Source of the DNA: Candidatus Bathyarchaeia archaeon
GTDB taxonomy: Archaea > Thermoproteota > Bathyarchaeia > Bathyarchaeales > Bathycorpusculaceae
Direction of reading: 5' to 3'
Assembly (NCBI GenBank): GCA_050010515.1
Contig: JBEKKX010000030.1
Span: forward strand, 1-29,970
DNA: 29,970 nt
Of the stretch, positions 15,781 through 24,984 are shown piece by piece; position 1 is the stretch's first letter, and each line of letters opens with the position of its first letter. Both the position numbers and the translations under genes were made by a program. The notes under the pieces were generated by a model. It ran no database searches, was not told where the DNA came from, and saw only the letters and a program-made list of their open reading frames with translations.

Positions 15781-16848
15781 TTATTCTTGCTTCTTCTGTT
15801 TTCCAGGTCGCAGCGAGCGGACGGTTTCGCCTGTACGCCACATTTCGCTGTTTCCCATCGCTTTGAGTTCGTCAGCGAGTTTCTGCCTGTAGTCTGGCGA
15901 CTTGCTTCTTTCAAGCACGATGCGTGTTTCTTCGCCTGCAGCCACCAGATCATACAATGAATCGAACAGCGGTTTGGTTCCGTCGCGGAAGCGTTCTCTC
16001 CATCGGAGTGCGCCGATGCGGGCGGTTTCACTGCAGTTGCAGTACATCCAGTCCATTCCGTTCTCATCAACTAAGCGAATCAGACTTTGGGTTAGTTCCT
16101 CGACGGTTTCGTTGAAAGCTTCGCTTGGGCTGTGCCCGCGTTCCCGCAGCGTATTGTATTGCGCTTCCATTATGCCTGCTAAAGCACCCATTAAAACGCC
16201 TCTCTCGCCTGTTAGGTCGCTGTAGACTTCTTTTTCGAATGTTGTTGGAAACAGGTAGCCTGAGCCGATGGCGATCCCGAGGGCTTTGACGCGGTCTTGA
16301 GCTTTGCCCGTTGCGTCTTGGAAGACGGCGAAGCTGCAGTTTATGCCAGTTCCGTCAACAAAGTTTCTGCGGACGCTGGTGCCTGAACCTTTTGGTGCAA
16401 CCAGGATTACGTCTATGTCTTTTGGTGGAATGACGCCTGTTTGTTCTTTGTAAACGATTGAGAATCCATGTGAGAAGTACAGGGCGTCACCTTTTTTGAG
16501 TGTTTTCTTAACGGTTGGCCATGCGTCTTTTTGTCCTGAGTCCGTGAGTAGGAACATTTTGATTGTTCCTCGTTTTGCTGCCTCCTCCAATGGGAACAGG
16601 TTTTTCCCTGGAACCCATCCATCTTGGACAGCTAAATCGTAGTATGCTTTGTGTACGCCTGTGTTTTCTTGTCCTATGATTACTTTTATTCCGTTGTCTC
16701 GCATGTTGAGCGATTGAGCTCGGCCTTGGATGCCGTAGCCAAGTGAGACGACGACTTCGTCTTTTAGGATTTTTTGGGCTTGCGCCACTGTGAACTCTTT
16801 ACGAGTGACGACATCTTCTATGACGCCACCGAAATCCATCTTTACCAT
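15781..16848 (-). CDS. ilvC: Ketol-acid reductoisomerase
   Basis: GYGIQG..Q..N.RDNG, FSHGF, VAPKGSG, SDLTGERGVLMG, EAFNETVEE; likely start MVKMDF. Confidence 0.95.
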   Translation of the reverse strand: MVKMDFGGVIEDVVTRKEFTVAQAQKILKDEVVVSLGYGIQGRAQSLNMRDNGIKVIIGQENTGVHKAYYDLAVQDGWVPGKNLFPLEEAAKRGTIKMFLLTDSGQKDAWPTVKKTLKKGDALYFSHGFSIVYKEQTGVIPPKDIDVILVAPKGSGTSVRRNFVDGTGINCSFAVFQDATGKAQDRVKALGIAIGSGYLFPTTFEKEVYSDLTGERGVLMGALAGIMEAQYNTLRERGHSPSEAFNETVEELTQSLIRLVDENGMDWMYCNCSETARIGALRWRERFRDGTKPLFDSLYDLVAAGEETRIVLERSKSPDYRQKLADELKAMGNSEMWRTGETVRSLRPGKQKKQE

Positions 16849-16967
16849 TTTATTTTTTTCCCTCAAGCAGACACTTTAGAGGAGGCAGTAATTAAGAATT
16901 GTCCTCAACAAATTCGACCTTCAATAGAGCGTAAGACAATTAAACTGTTAATCACCAATAGGAGTTA

Positions 16968-17396
16968 ATGGTCAATAACAAATTTACTGCTGAACTTATT
17001 GCGCCATGCGGTATGAACTGTGCCTTATGCAAAGGATACATAGCTTACACGCATGGGGTTCCGCGGGTAAGAGGCAAAGTAACCTACTGTGCAGGCTGTC
17101 TTCCTAGAGCCAAAAACTGCTACATTAAACGAGGCTGCAAAAAACTCTCCAAACACCAAATCCAATCCTGCCACCAATGCGACACAATGCCCTGCAAAAA
17201 TCTAGGTCACTTAGACAATCGCTATCGTGAACGCTATGGTATGAGCATGGTTGAAAGCCTCAAAATAATAAAAGCCAACGGCATGGATGAATTCCTCAAA
17301 AGCCAAGAAGAAACCCATCGATGCCCAAGTTGCGGAGACGTGATTTGTGTGCATGACGGAAAATGCTATTCATGTGGTTATATTAGGAAACCTTAG
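16968..17396 (+). CDS. DUF3795-like Cys-rich protein
   Basis: IAPCGMNCALC..CAGC..C..CHQC..PC..CPSCG..CVH..CYSC. Confidence 0.85.
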   Translation: MVNNKFTAELIAPCGMNCALCKGYIAYTHGVPRVRGKVTYCAGCLPRAKNCYIKRGCKKLSKHQIQSCHQCDTMPCKNLGHLDNRYRERYGMSMVESLKIIKANGMDEFLKSQEETHRCPSCGDVICVHDGKCYSCGYIRKP

Positions 17397-17414
17397 TAGC
17401 GTATAGCGAACTTT

Positions 17415-18293
17415 CTACATTGATAGATCTTTGTTTTTCACTTGTCTCAACACAAGGTAAGATACAGCCAGCCCTATGATTAATGAAATAAACGCGTAAG
17501 CAGCAAAAGTCATGTCTGGTAAACGCGGTTGAAGTAATCTTCCCTCATATCCGCCGAAAAGAAATATGATTATTCCTGCCAGCAGAACCGCTAAGACATA
17601 CCAGTTTGTATCGACAGTTATTCCAAGCTTCTTTGTCTGCAGGAGCCGTCTTCTATAAAATTCCCCTAATGTGTAGAATATGCCTATTCCAGCAAATGCG
17701 AGAATCAACCAAGCACTGAAACCCGTAAGAGAAAATAACGAAGTGCTCGCTGTCGCAAACAGAATTGAGAGAAAAATTAATGAGCCGACGAAAATGCCCC
17801 AGTCAACAATCCGACTGTTTCTAAATGGACCATAGGATCTTCTCCATGGTTGATGTGTTGGCTCCTGCAAATCTCTATCGGTGGTTTTCTCAAGTAGCGT
17901 CCATGGGTCTTCTACCCACCATTGGGCTTTCTTAGAAGTGTTCTCTTTCTCGCCTTCGATGTTGAATTTGAAACCCTTAATTATTCTGTTAAATGGAAAC
18001 AGCAGTTCAACTCCTCTGTCTGTTGCCGAAGTAAAGCTATCTAATAATGAGTGACTCAATGCACCTAAGGCGAGAAAAGGATTAAAAATATACAATATTC
18101 CTATGAAAAGAAAATTATGAAAAAGCGATCGATGTAACTGGTGTCTTCCAATAAAATCTCTGGCAACAAAAAAATATTCTCTGTCTAAGTCTGGAATCAT
18201 AGCTCCAAGAACCATGGTGAAGGCAATTCCAACATTATGAAAGACGACTATTCCAAGAGCAAAAGCCGCGACAATGTGAGTCGTAAGGTTCAT
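17415..18293 (-). CDS. Membrane-bound metal-dependent hydrolase (YdjM-like)
   Basis: THI, IPDLD, HRSLFH, SHSLLD and GVELLFP motifs plus TM helices; likely start MNLTTH. Confidence 0.85.
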   Translation of the reverse strand: MNLTTHIVAAFALGIVVFHNVGIAFTMVLGAMIPDLDREYFFVARDFIGRHQLHRSLFHNFLFIGILYIFNPFLALGALSHSLLDSFTSATDRGVELLFPFNRIIKGFKFNIEGEKENTSKKAQWWVEDPWTLLEKTTDRDLQEPTHQPWRRSYGPFRNSRIVDWGIFVGSLIFLSILFATASTSLFSLTGFSAWLILAFAGIGIFYTLGEFYRRRLLQTKKLGITVDTNWYVLAVLLAGIIIFLFGGYEGRLLQPRLPDMTFAAYAFISLIIGLAVSYLVLRQVKNKDLSM

Positions 18294-18374
18294 CGATGAC
18301 TCTTTTCCCCTTTTTGCTCTTTGTACCGTTTTCAAATAATAGCTTTTAGGTAAATTAATGCAAACTCGTTGGAA

Positions 18375-18650
18375 TTATGAATCTTGACCGTATTTTTCAA
18401 CGATTTCTCCAATTACATTAATTTTCCGAGTAGCCGCTTTCGCTTTCAGCTTTGACTCCACAAACGGGTTAGGAAACGCTCCTTCTCCGCCGCCATAAGT
18501 CACACTGAAAACTTCCTTGCCTTTCTCCGAAATTATTTGTGCGGCTTACTTTGGACTTGTTAAGGGAAACTAGGAAGTGACTGTGAAAGAAGGGGGATTT
18601 TTCAAGAATTGTTACTAGCAAGCTCGCGCCTTCTTTTTTTGCGGGATTGG
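18375..18650 (-). pseudogene. DUF1697-like C-terminal fragment
   Basis: NPAKKEGASLLVTILEKSP, frameshift, then FPLTSPK*AAQIISEKGKEVFSVTYGGGEGAFPNPFVESKLKAKAATRKINVIGEIVEKY; 5' half absent. Confidence 0.6.
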
Positions 18651-18660
18651 CAAAGATGTA

Positions 18661-18680
18661 ACTTGTATGCAAGTATACTT
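18661..18680. promoter_or_regulatory. Palindromes upstream of vapBC (probable autoregulatory operator)
   Basis: ACTTG-TATG-CAAGT 18661-18674 overlapping the perfect AAGTATACTT 18671-18680. Confidence 0.45.
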
Positions 18681-18718
18681 ATTTACTTGTTTTGAGTATT
18701 AATAATTGGTGCTGTAAA

Positions 18719-18928
18719 TTGACTGAAACAACCACGATAAGGGTCTCAAAGAAAACAGCAGAGACGTTAGAAAACCTGCGGGAAAAACTCGGCGCTCAAA
18801 GCCTAGATGAAGCAATCCAAACGCTTGTAAAACAGCAGCGAAAAGCAATATTGGAAAAATCTTTCGGTGCAGACCGCGGTCGTCTTAAACCCTTTACGGA
18901 GGCAGATCGCGGTGAAGATCGTGATTGA
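18719..18928 (+). CDS. vapB: VapB-type antitoxin (ribbon-helix-helix)
   Basis: TTTIRVSKKTAETL..SLDEAIQTL; overlaps the PIN gene; TTG 18719 follows GGTG. Confidence 0.85.
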   Translation: MTETTTIRVSKKTAETLENLREKLGAQSLDEAIQTLVKQQRKAILEKSFGADRGRLKPFTEADRGEDRD

Positions 18929-19319
18929 TTCCTACGCTTGGATCGAGCATTTCCTCGGCAGCGAAAAAGGCTGCAAAATAGACAATATTTTGGAAAGTGC
19001 CGATGAAGTTTATACCCCCGACACGGTTTTAGCAGAGGTTGCACGAAAGTATGTGCGAGAAGGCGTTGATCTTACGATTATTAATACACGACTAGCACAA
19101 ATAGTTGGGGCTTCCAACATTATTTGTTTAGATGCTAAACTTGCGATTGATGCAGCACGATGTTATTTAGAAATTGAAGCCAAAGCAAGAAAATCAAAGC
19201 TTAACCTTCCAAGTTTACTCGACGCTGTAGTTTTAGCTATAGGTAGATCTCTGGATTCAAAGGTTTTAACAGGCGACCAACATTTCAAGGAACTCCCTGA
19301 AACAATTTGGATTGGATAA
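18912..19319 (+). CDS. vapC: VapC PIN-domain toxin
   Basis: IVIDSYAWIE..VLAEV..SLLDAVVLA..VLTGDQHF acidic PIN quartet; GTG start 18912. Confidence 0.92.
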   Translation: MKIVIDSYAWIEHFLGSEKGCKIDNILESADEVYTPDTVLAEVARKYVREGVDLTIINTRLAQIVGASNIICLDAKLAIDAARCYLEIEAKARKSKLNLPSLLDAVVLAIGRSLDSKVLTGDQHFKELPETIWIG

Positions 19320-19640
19320 ATCTACCGGGAATACAGCGTCAAAGAACTTTCAATTCAGCTGACATGAGCTTATGGCTTGCCAATGCGGAACATCGTTAAA
19401 GTGCTTGATAATTTGCTTATAAATCACCGTTCTGCATGCAAAAGCAACGTTTAATGTTGAAAGTTCGGGGCTTTGGAGATATGTTGAACTATGTTGATTC
19501 ATGTTTGGAGGCTTTCGGGCCATCTAAGAGACCGAGGAGTAGGCTGAGAGGGACAGAAGAAAGCGATAAAAAGCAAGATTCGAAAGGCGGGATAGGGTAT
19601 CAATTTAGCAACTGAATTTCTCGACCAAAATTGAAAGCGC

Positions 19641-20552
19641 TTAAGCGCCCATCAGCTTTAGCAAAATTGCCTTAGCCGCGTATAAGCGGTTTTCTGCCTG
19701 CTCATAAATCACTGACTTCGGGCTCTCGATTGCTTCTGCGTTTATTTCGTATCCCCTGTGAATCGGCATGTCATGCATGATGTAGGCATTGCTGCCTTTG
19801 AGCAGTTCAGCGTTGATTTGGTATGGCATCATAAGCTTAATTCGCTTCTCCTTTTCCGCCGCAAACTTTGGGTCCGTGAAGAATTCCATGTCAATCCACG
19901 TGTCTGTATAAACGAAATCAGCGTCTTTAACTGCGCTCTTAACATCTAGGGTTGACTTCCACAGCCCAGTTTTCTTCGCCTCAGCCAACAACTCATCATC
20001 GCGTGCTGCTTCATTAGAAATCGGTGTAACCGTTGTTAGTTTTACTCCTGTTTTAGTGCAGCCTTCTATTAGCGAGTTGCAAACGTTATTATGAACGCCG
20101 ATGTAGACGAGTTTAGCGCCTTTCAGCATGCCTTTCTTTTCTTTTATGGTGATTAAATCTGCTAAGGCTTGGCTTGGATGGTACTTTTCGTCGCAGCCGT
20201 TGATTACTGGAACACGTGAAGCATTAGCCATCTTCATTAAATCAGCGTTATACAACAGCCTAGCCATGATGCAGTCAACATTACGGGACAAATAACGAAT
20301 TTCATCCGTTATGTCAGCTAACATGAAGTTCGTTGTTCGCCAATCAATAAACAAGCCGTGACCGCCAAGCTGAGTAGCCGCAACCTCAAAAGCAACCCTT
20401 GTCCGCGTGGAAGTCTTCTGAAAAATTAACGCAGCCGACTTGCCCTCAAAGGCTTTACGGTATTTTTTAGGGTTGTGCTTAACTTCAATGCCTAAATCAA
20501 CAAGACCAGTAAGCTCTTGACTGGATAACTCTTTGAAATTAATCAAATGCAT
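19641..20552 (-). CDS. argF: Ornithine carbamoyltransferase (variant motifs)
   Basis: STRTR, HPSQALAD, YTDTW, QAENR; HDMP in place of HCLP. Confidence 0.88.
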   Translation of the reverse strand: MHLINFKELSSQELTGLVDLGIEVKHNPKKYRKAFEGKSAALIFQKTSTRTRVAFEVAATQLGGHGLFIDWRTTNFMLADITDEIRYLSRNVDCIMARLLYNADLMKMANASRVPVINGCDEKYHPSQALADLITIKEKKGMLKGAKLVYIGVHNNVCNSLIEGCTKTGVKLTTVTPISNEAARDDELLAEAKKTGLWKSTLDVKSAVKDADFVYTDTWIDMEFFTDPKFAAEKEKRIKLMMPYQINAELLKGSNAYIMHDMPIHRGYEINAEAIESPKSVIYEQAENRLYAAKAILLKLMGA

Positions 20553-20664
20553 CTTACTTTGCCTTCAAGTAGGCTGAACCGAGCCAGCAATTATAAGCTT
20601 TATGGAAAACCTACTTTTGTAAATTGCATTAATTTTAGTTTAATTGTTTAAGCAGGAAAGGATT

Positions 20665-20847
20665 TTATCTAAAACAGACTCGGTGAAGTTTCAGCCCACG
20701 CCGCATTCTTTCAACCGCCATGTCAACATTATTTGCAAGCTCTTCATCTTTTTCCAAATTTGAATACCATCGCCAGACTTCATCGGCGTTACCTTTCAAC
20801 GTTGTACTAGCTATTGAAGTATTTTTTTTATGCCGATCCTCACTCAT
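20665..20847 (-). CDS. Small hypothetical protein, antitoxin-like C-terminus
   Basis: 60 aa, GAGGATGA RBS, charged helix DEELANNVDMAVERMRR. Confidence 0.45.
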   Translation of the reverse strand: MSEDRHKKNTSIASTTLKGNADEVWRWYSNLEKDEELANNVDMAVERMRRGLKLHRVCFR

Positions 20848-20978
20848 TTTTCATCCTCTATTCTCGTTTATCAAACGAACTTTTTCTTTAGCAATAATTA
20901 CCCACAATAGTTAATAAAAATAATTATAGTTTAAATTATATCAAATGTTAAGTAATTAACAAGACATAACTCGTAAGT

Positions 20979-21809
20979 GTGAAAATGATTCTGCTCGTCC
21001 ACTCAACCCGCGATATTGCAGGCGTAAACATAGCCAAGCATTTACTCCAACTCTACCCCTTTGCAAAGACAAAGCAGACATACCAAGAAAACCCAGTTTA
21101 TGCCGCTGAAATCAATGGCAAACAGATCAGCTTCATAACGCTTAAGGAAGAAGCAGTCAACGCACAAAACCTCCAAGAAGACTTCCCAAGCGCCCAACTG
21201 ATAGTGTTCATTTCACGTCATAGTAGCCAAAGCGGAATCCCCACATTATCCGTTCATACACCTGGAAACTTTGCTGAAGCACAACTCGGTGGGTTACCAA
21301 GAACAATATCAGTTTCACCTGCAACAGCCATGCGTGACGCCTTAAAAGCGCTTTTACACTACAAAGAAGAATTAAGCCTCAACTACGAGGTGTCTTATGA
21401 GTGTACTCATCATGGTCCAAGCTTGAATGTGCCCGCGATGTTTGTTGAGTTAGGCAGCTCCCCAGCACAATGGAACGATTTAAGGGCAGCAGAAGCCGTT
21501 GCCCACTCCGCAATATCTGCAATCACCAACTTCTCAATGCCTGCCAATTCAGCGGCTCTTGGAATAGGCGGAACCCACTACAACCAAAAGTTCACGCATA
21601 TGGCGTTGGCTGGCGAAGCCGTTTTCGGTCACATGATACCTAAATACGCTGTCTCCATAATTGACTCTGAAATATTAACTCAGTGCATCGAGAAAACTTT
21701 AGAGAAAGTCTCGTTGGCAATTCTTGATTGGAAAGGAATCAGAAGTCAAGACAAGCCAAAACTGTTATCGGCTCTGCAAGATGCTGGGTTGACTTTCAAG
21801 AAAGTTTAA
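20979..21809 (+). CDS. dtdA: Archaeal D-aminoacyl-tRNA deacylase
   Basis: FISRHSS, LSVHTPGN, ECTHHGP, FVELGS, GIGGTHY, GHMIPKY, DWKG. Confidence 0.93.
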   Translation: MKMILLVHSTRDIAGVNIAKHLLQLYPFAKTKQTYQENPVYAAEINGKQISFITLKEEAVNAQNLQEDFPSAQLIVFISRHSSQSGIPTLSVHTPGNFAEAQLGGLPRTISVSPATAMRDALKALLHYKEELSLNYEVSYECTHHGPSLNVPAMFVELGSSPAQWNDLRAAEAVAHSAISAITNFSMPANSAALGIGGTHYNQKFTHMALAGEAVFGHMIPKYAVSIIDSEILTQCIEKTLEKVSLAILDWKGIRSQDKPKLLSALQDAGLTFKKV

Positions 21810-21926
21810 CCAAAAAACAGTCATGCCCTGTAAGGAAGCTTTAAAAGTGTTGATAAAGCTATTTTTTAAACTCTAGGTTACAGTAACGTTTATTATTCAT
21901 AAATGAAATCTTGAGTGTGCGAGAAT

Positions 21927-22118
21927 ATGGGAATAAAATCTTGGGTAATGCAAGCAGCAAGAACCTTAAAGTTAGCTGTAAAACCAGGAAGAGAAGAGCT
22001 GTGGCTATCAATAAAAATTAGCCTCCTAGGCATAGGCGCAATTGGTTTAATCGGTTTCGTAATTAAACTCTTAGCGTACGCAATAGGCGGCGCATCAGTA
22101 GCAGGATCGTCATCTTAG
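21927..22118 (+). CDS. secE: Protein translocase SecE/Sec61-gamma
   Basis: LAVKPGREE..GIGAIGLIGFVI; position directly before spt5. Confidence 0.9.
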   Translation: MGIKSWVMQAARTLKLAVKPGREELWLSIKISLLGIGAIGLIGFVIKLLAYAIGGASVAGSSS

Positions 22119-22134
22119 AAGGAAACCTGAATTT

Positions 22135-22608
22135 ATGGAAAAGAAAGAAGAGCAAACGCAAGCAAAAATTTTCGTTGTTAAAACCACCACTGGTCAAGAA
22201 CGAAACGTTGCTAGATTGATTGCTTCAAAAGTGGAAATGAATCACATTCCGATAAAAGCTCTTCTTGTACCAGACACGCTAAAAGGATACGTGTTTGTAG
22301 AAGCTGACGGGCCACATTTGGTGGAAGAAGCCATCCAAGGTTTGAGACATGTACGCTCAAGAATCCCTGGGCTGGTAAGCTTCGATGAGATAGAACGGTA
22401 CATTGTCCGAAAACCAGTCATGGAAGACCTCAACGAAGATGATGTCGTCGAAATTACTGGTGGGCCTTTCAAAGGTATGCGAGCCAAAATCACAAGACTT
22501 GACAAGGCAAAAGGCGAAGTTACCCTCGAATTACTTGAGGCAACATTCACTTTGCCGATCACCGTACACTCAGACTATGTAAAACTAGTGGAAAAAGCTA
22601 AAACATAA
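22135..22608 (+). CDS. spt5: Transcription elongation factor Spt5/NusG
   Basis: TTTGQE, LKGYVFVEA, KOW motif VEITGGPFKG. Confidence 0.96.
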   Translation: MEKKEEQTQAKIFVVKTTTGQERNVARLIASKVEMNHIPIKALLVPDTLKGYVFVEADGPHLVEEAIQGLRHVRSRIPGLVSFDEIERYIVRKPVMEDLNEDDVVEITGGPFKGMRAKITRLDKAKGEVTLELLEATFTLPITVHSDYVKLVEKAKT

Positions 22609-22623
22609 AACAGGCGAAAAAAC

Positions 22624-23112
22624 ATGGGCGAAAAAAAAGTTGTAGAACTGCTCGTAAATGGAGGACAAGCCAATGCAGGTCCACCGTTAGGTCCTGCTCT
22701 TGGTCCATTAGGCCTCAACATCTTGGATGTCGTCAACAAAATTAACGAGCTTACAAAAGATTACGCTGGAATGAAGGTTCCAGTGAAAATCAGCGTTGAT
22801 ACTGAGGACAAAACTTTCGATGTGCTCGTTGGCACTCCAACCGCTTCAGCATTAATTGTTGCTGAATTGAAAATAGAGAAGGGTTCAGGAACGCCCAACA
22901 CTGTAAAAGTAGGCAATTTGTCTATGGAGCAGATGGTTCGGATCGCGAAAATTAAGCGTCCTGAGCTTTTAGCGCCAACGCTAAAGAAGGCAACGAAAGA
23001 GATGCTTGGAACCTGCGTCAGTTTAGGTGTCACCGTCGAAGGCAAAGACCCCCGTGAAGTGCAAAAAGATATTGATGCTGGCAGCTACGAACAGCTATTT
23101 GGTAGCGAATAA
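22624..23112 (+). CDS. rpl11: 50S ribosomal protein L11 (uL11)
   Basis: [26 protein letters not shown]. Confidence 0.97.
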   Translation: MGEKKVVELLVNGGQANAGPPLGPALGPLGLNILDVVNKINELTKDYAGMKVPVKISVDTEDKTFDVLVGTPTASALIVAELKIEKGSGTPNTVKVGNLSMEQMVRIAKIKRPELLAPTLKKATKEMLGTCVSLGVTVEGKDPREVQKDIDAGSYEQLFGSE

Positions 23113-23119
23113 TGATAAG

Positions 23120-23134
23120 CGAATATTTTTATAA
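23120..23134 (+). promoter_or_regulatory. Internal BRE/TATA promoter before rpl1
   Basis: CGAATA-TTTTTATAA in the rpl11-rpl1 gap, about 37 bp before ATG 23171. Confidence 0.55.
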
Positions 23135-23170
23135 TGGGTTTCCAATCCCTCATTGGCACGAGGCTTAAAA

Positions 23171-23821
23171 ATGCCCCTAGACAACAAGACAATATCAGAA
23201 GCAGTTAAACAGGCAAAGGCGAAGTCTGGCGAAAAAAAATTCAACCAGACAGTAGATATGATCTTGGATATTGTAGAGATCGATATGAAGGCGCCCGAAG
23301 GCAAAATCCAAGAAATTGTTGAGCTTCCTCATGCAACCGGAAAGCCGAATAAGATCTGTGTTGTTGCTTCTGGAGAATTTGCATTTAAAGCAAAAAACGC
23401 ACAAGCTGATTACGTTATAGAACGTTCCGACTTAGACGAGTTAGCTGGCAAAAAGAAGGAACTGCGCAAGCTTGCCAGCGAATATGACGTTTTCATTTCA
23501 GAAGCTCCATTAATGCCGCTGGTAGGTAGAATTCTTGGTCCAGTTTTGGGCCCGAGAGGAAAAATGCCTATTCCTGTTCCACCGAACGCTGACATTGCAG
23601 CCATAATAAATAAGCACCGCAAAACCGTGGTTGTGAGAATGCGCAACCAACCGATTATTCAAGTTTCAATTGGCTCTCAACAGATGAAGGATGAAGAACT
23701 TGTCGATAACATTATGACGGTTCTTCGTGTTTTAGATGGAAAACTTAAGCGTGGCTTGAAAAACGTAAAGTACGCTTTTATTAAGACATCTATGGGTGAG
23801 CCGGTAAAAATTAAACCTTAA
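23171..23821 (+). CDS. rpl1: 50S ribosomal protein L1 (uL1)
   Basis: KFNQTVD, LGPRGKMP, KTSMG. Confidence 0.97.
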   Translation: MPLDNKTISEAVKQAKAKSGEKKFNQTVDMILDIVEIDMKAPEGKIQEIVELPHATGKPNKICVVASGEFAFKAKNAQADYVIERSDLDELAGKKKELRKLASEYDVFISEAPLMPLVGRILGPVLGPRGKMPIPVPPNADIAAIINKHRKTVVVRMRNQPIIQVSIGSQQMKDEELVDNIMTVLRVLDGKLKRGLKNVKYAFIKTSMGEPVKIKP

Positions 23822-23837
23822 CAAGAGAAGAGAAATC

Positions 23838-24704
23838 ATGCCGTCCCAACAAGTATTAGAGGAAAAATCAAGCCAAGTAGACTCAATAAAAGGCATACTG
23901 AAAGAATACAAATCCATCGGTATCGCTAGCCTGCAGAAGGTTCGTGCTTCGCAACTTCAAGAAATTAAGAAAAGTATGGCTGGTAAAGTTTACCTTAGAG
24001 TTTTAAAGAACACGCTAATGAAGCTAGCCATTGAAGAGATGAATCAAGAAGATTTAAAGAAGCTTGAGGAGTATTTGGACGGATCAAACGTTTACTTGTT
24101 CACAGACCTAAACCCGTTCAAACTGGCGCTGTTGCTGGAACGGGGCAAAGTGAGAACAACCGCCAAGTCAGGTGATATTGCCGCCAACGATGTGGTTGTT
24201 CCAGCTGGTAACACGGGTCAACCTCCAGGTCCATTTATCAGCCAATTAAACGCTGTTGGTTTGCCTACAAGGATTGAGTCTGGCAGCGTGTGGGTCAGCA
24301 AGGACACTTTGGTAGTTCGCAAGGGTGAAGAAATTAACGAGCGCCTTGCCGGTGTCCTCTCAAAACTAGGCATTAAAGCCGTTGAACTCGGCATATCGAT
24401 GCGGGCTGTTTTTGACAATGGCTTAATGATTACCGGTGACCAGCTCAAAGTTGATGTTGACGCAACTAGACGAAGCGTTGAGCAAAGCAACCAAGAAGCC
24501 TTCGCACTGGCAATGGGCATCTCCTACCCAACCATAGACACAATCAAGGCACTCTTGCAGAACGCACACCAAAAAGCCGTTGCATTAGCTGTCGGCGCTG
24601 CAGTACCAACCAAAGAGACAATTGGTGACCTGATTCGAAAAGCGAACATGGAAATGACAAGTTTAAGCGGTGCTGTGGAGAAAGCTAAGCCTAAAGCAGC
24701 ATAA
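23838..24704 (+). CDS. rpl10: 50S ribosomal protein L10/P0 (uL10)
   Basis: KNTLM, NPFKL, AGNTGQPPGP, LSKLGIK. Confidence 0.96.
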   Translation: MPSQQVLEEKSSQVDSIKGILKEYKSIGIASLQKVRASQLQEIKKSMAGKVYLRVLKNTLMKLAIEEMNQEDLKKLEEYLDGSNVYLFTDLNPFKLALLLERGKVRTTAKSGDIAANDVVVPAGNTGQPPGPFISQLNAVGLPTRIESGSVWVSKDTLVVRKGEEINERLAGVLSKLGIKAVELGISMRAVFDNGLMITGDQLKVDVDATRRSVEQSNQEAFALAMGISYPTIDTIKALLQNAHQKAVALAVGAAVPTKETIGDLIRKANMEMTSLSGAVEKAKPKAA

Positions 24705-24789
24705 AGTCATCACTTTTTGAATTGATTTTCTCGTGTTAAAAGTATACCCTCTTCGCTTGGTTCTAAAATAAAAGTAAAGAAAATGAAAA

Positions 24790-24960
24790 ATGAAAACTAA
24801 ACTTGGAAAAACTAAAACTGTTGCAATCGTTCTGTTTCTAATGTTAACAATGAGTGCATCTCTTGTGTTTTTGCCAAATGCTAACGCGTAGAGAACGAAT
24901 GCAACCTACCTTCATTGGTGCTATCCCTAACCCGGTAGGTGTTGGCCAAGAAACATTACA
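24790..24960 (+). pseudogene. N-terminal remnant of a secreted surface protein paralogous to 27160-29700
   Basis: Signal peptide MKTKLGKTKTVAIVLFLMLTMSASLVFLPNANA, TAG at 24889, then frameshifted FIGAIPNPVGVGQE (compare FLAVSPDPVGVGQS). Confidence 0.8.
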
Positions 24961-24984
24961 TTACAACTTCACTTTGGAAGATTT

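Noticed and set aside
19481-19615. 44-codon ORF with GGAGA upstream
   Set aside because: No recognisable motif; may be chance or a remnant.
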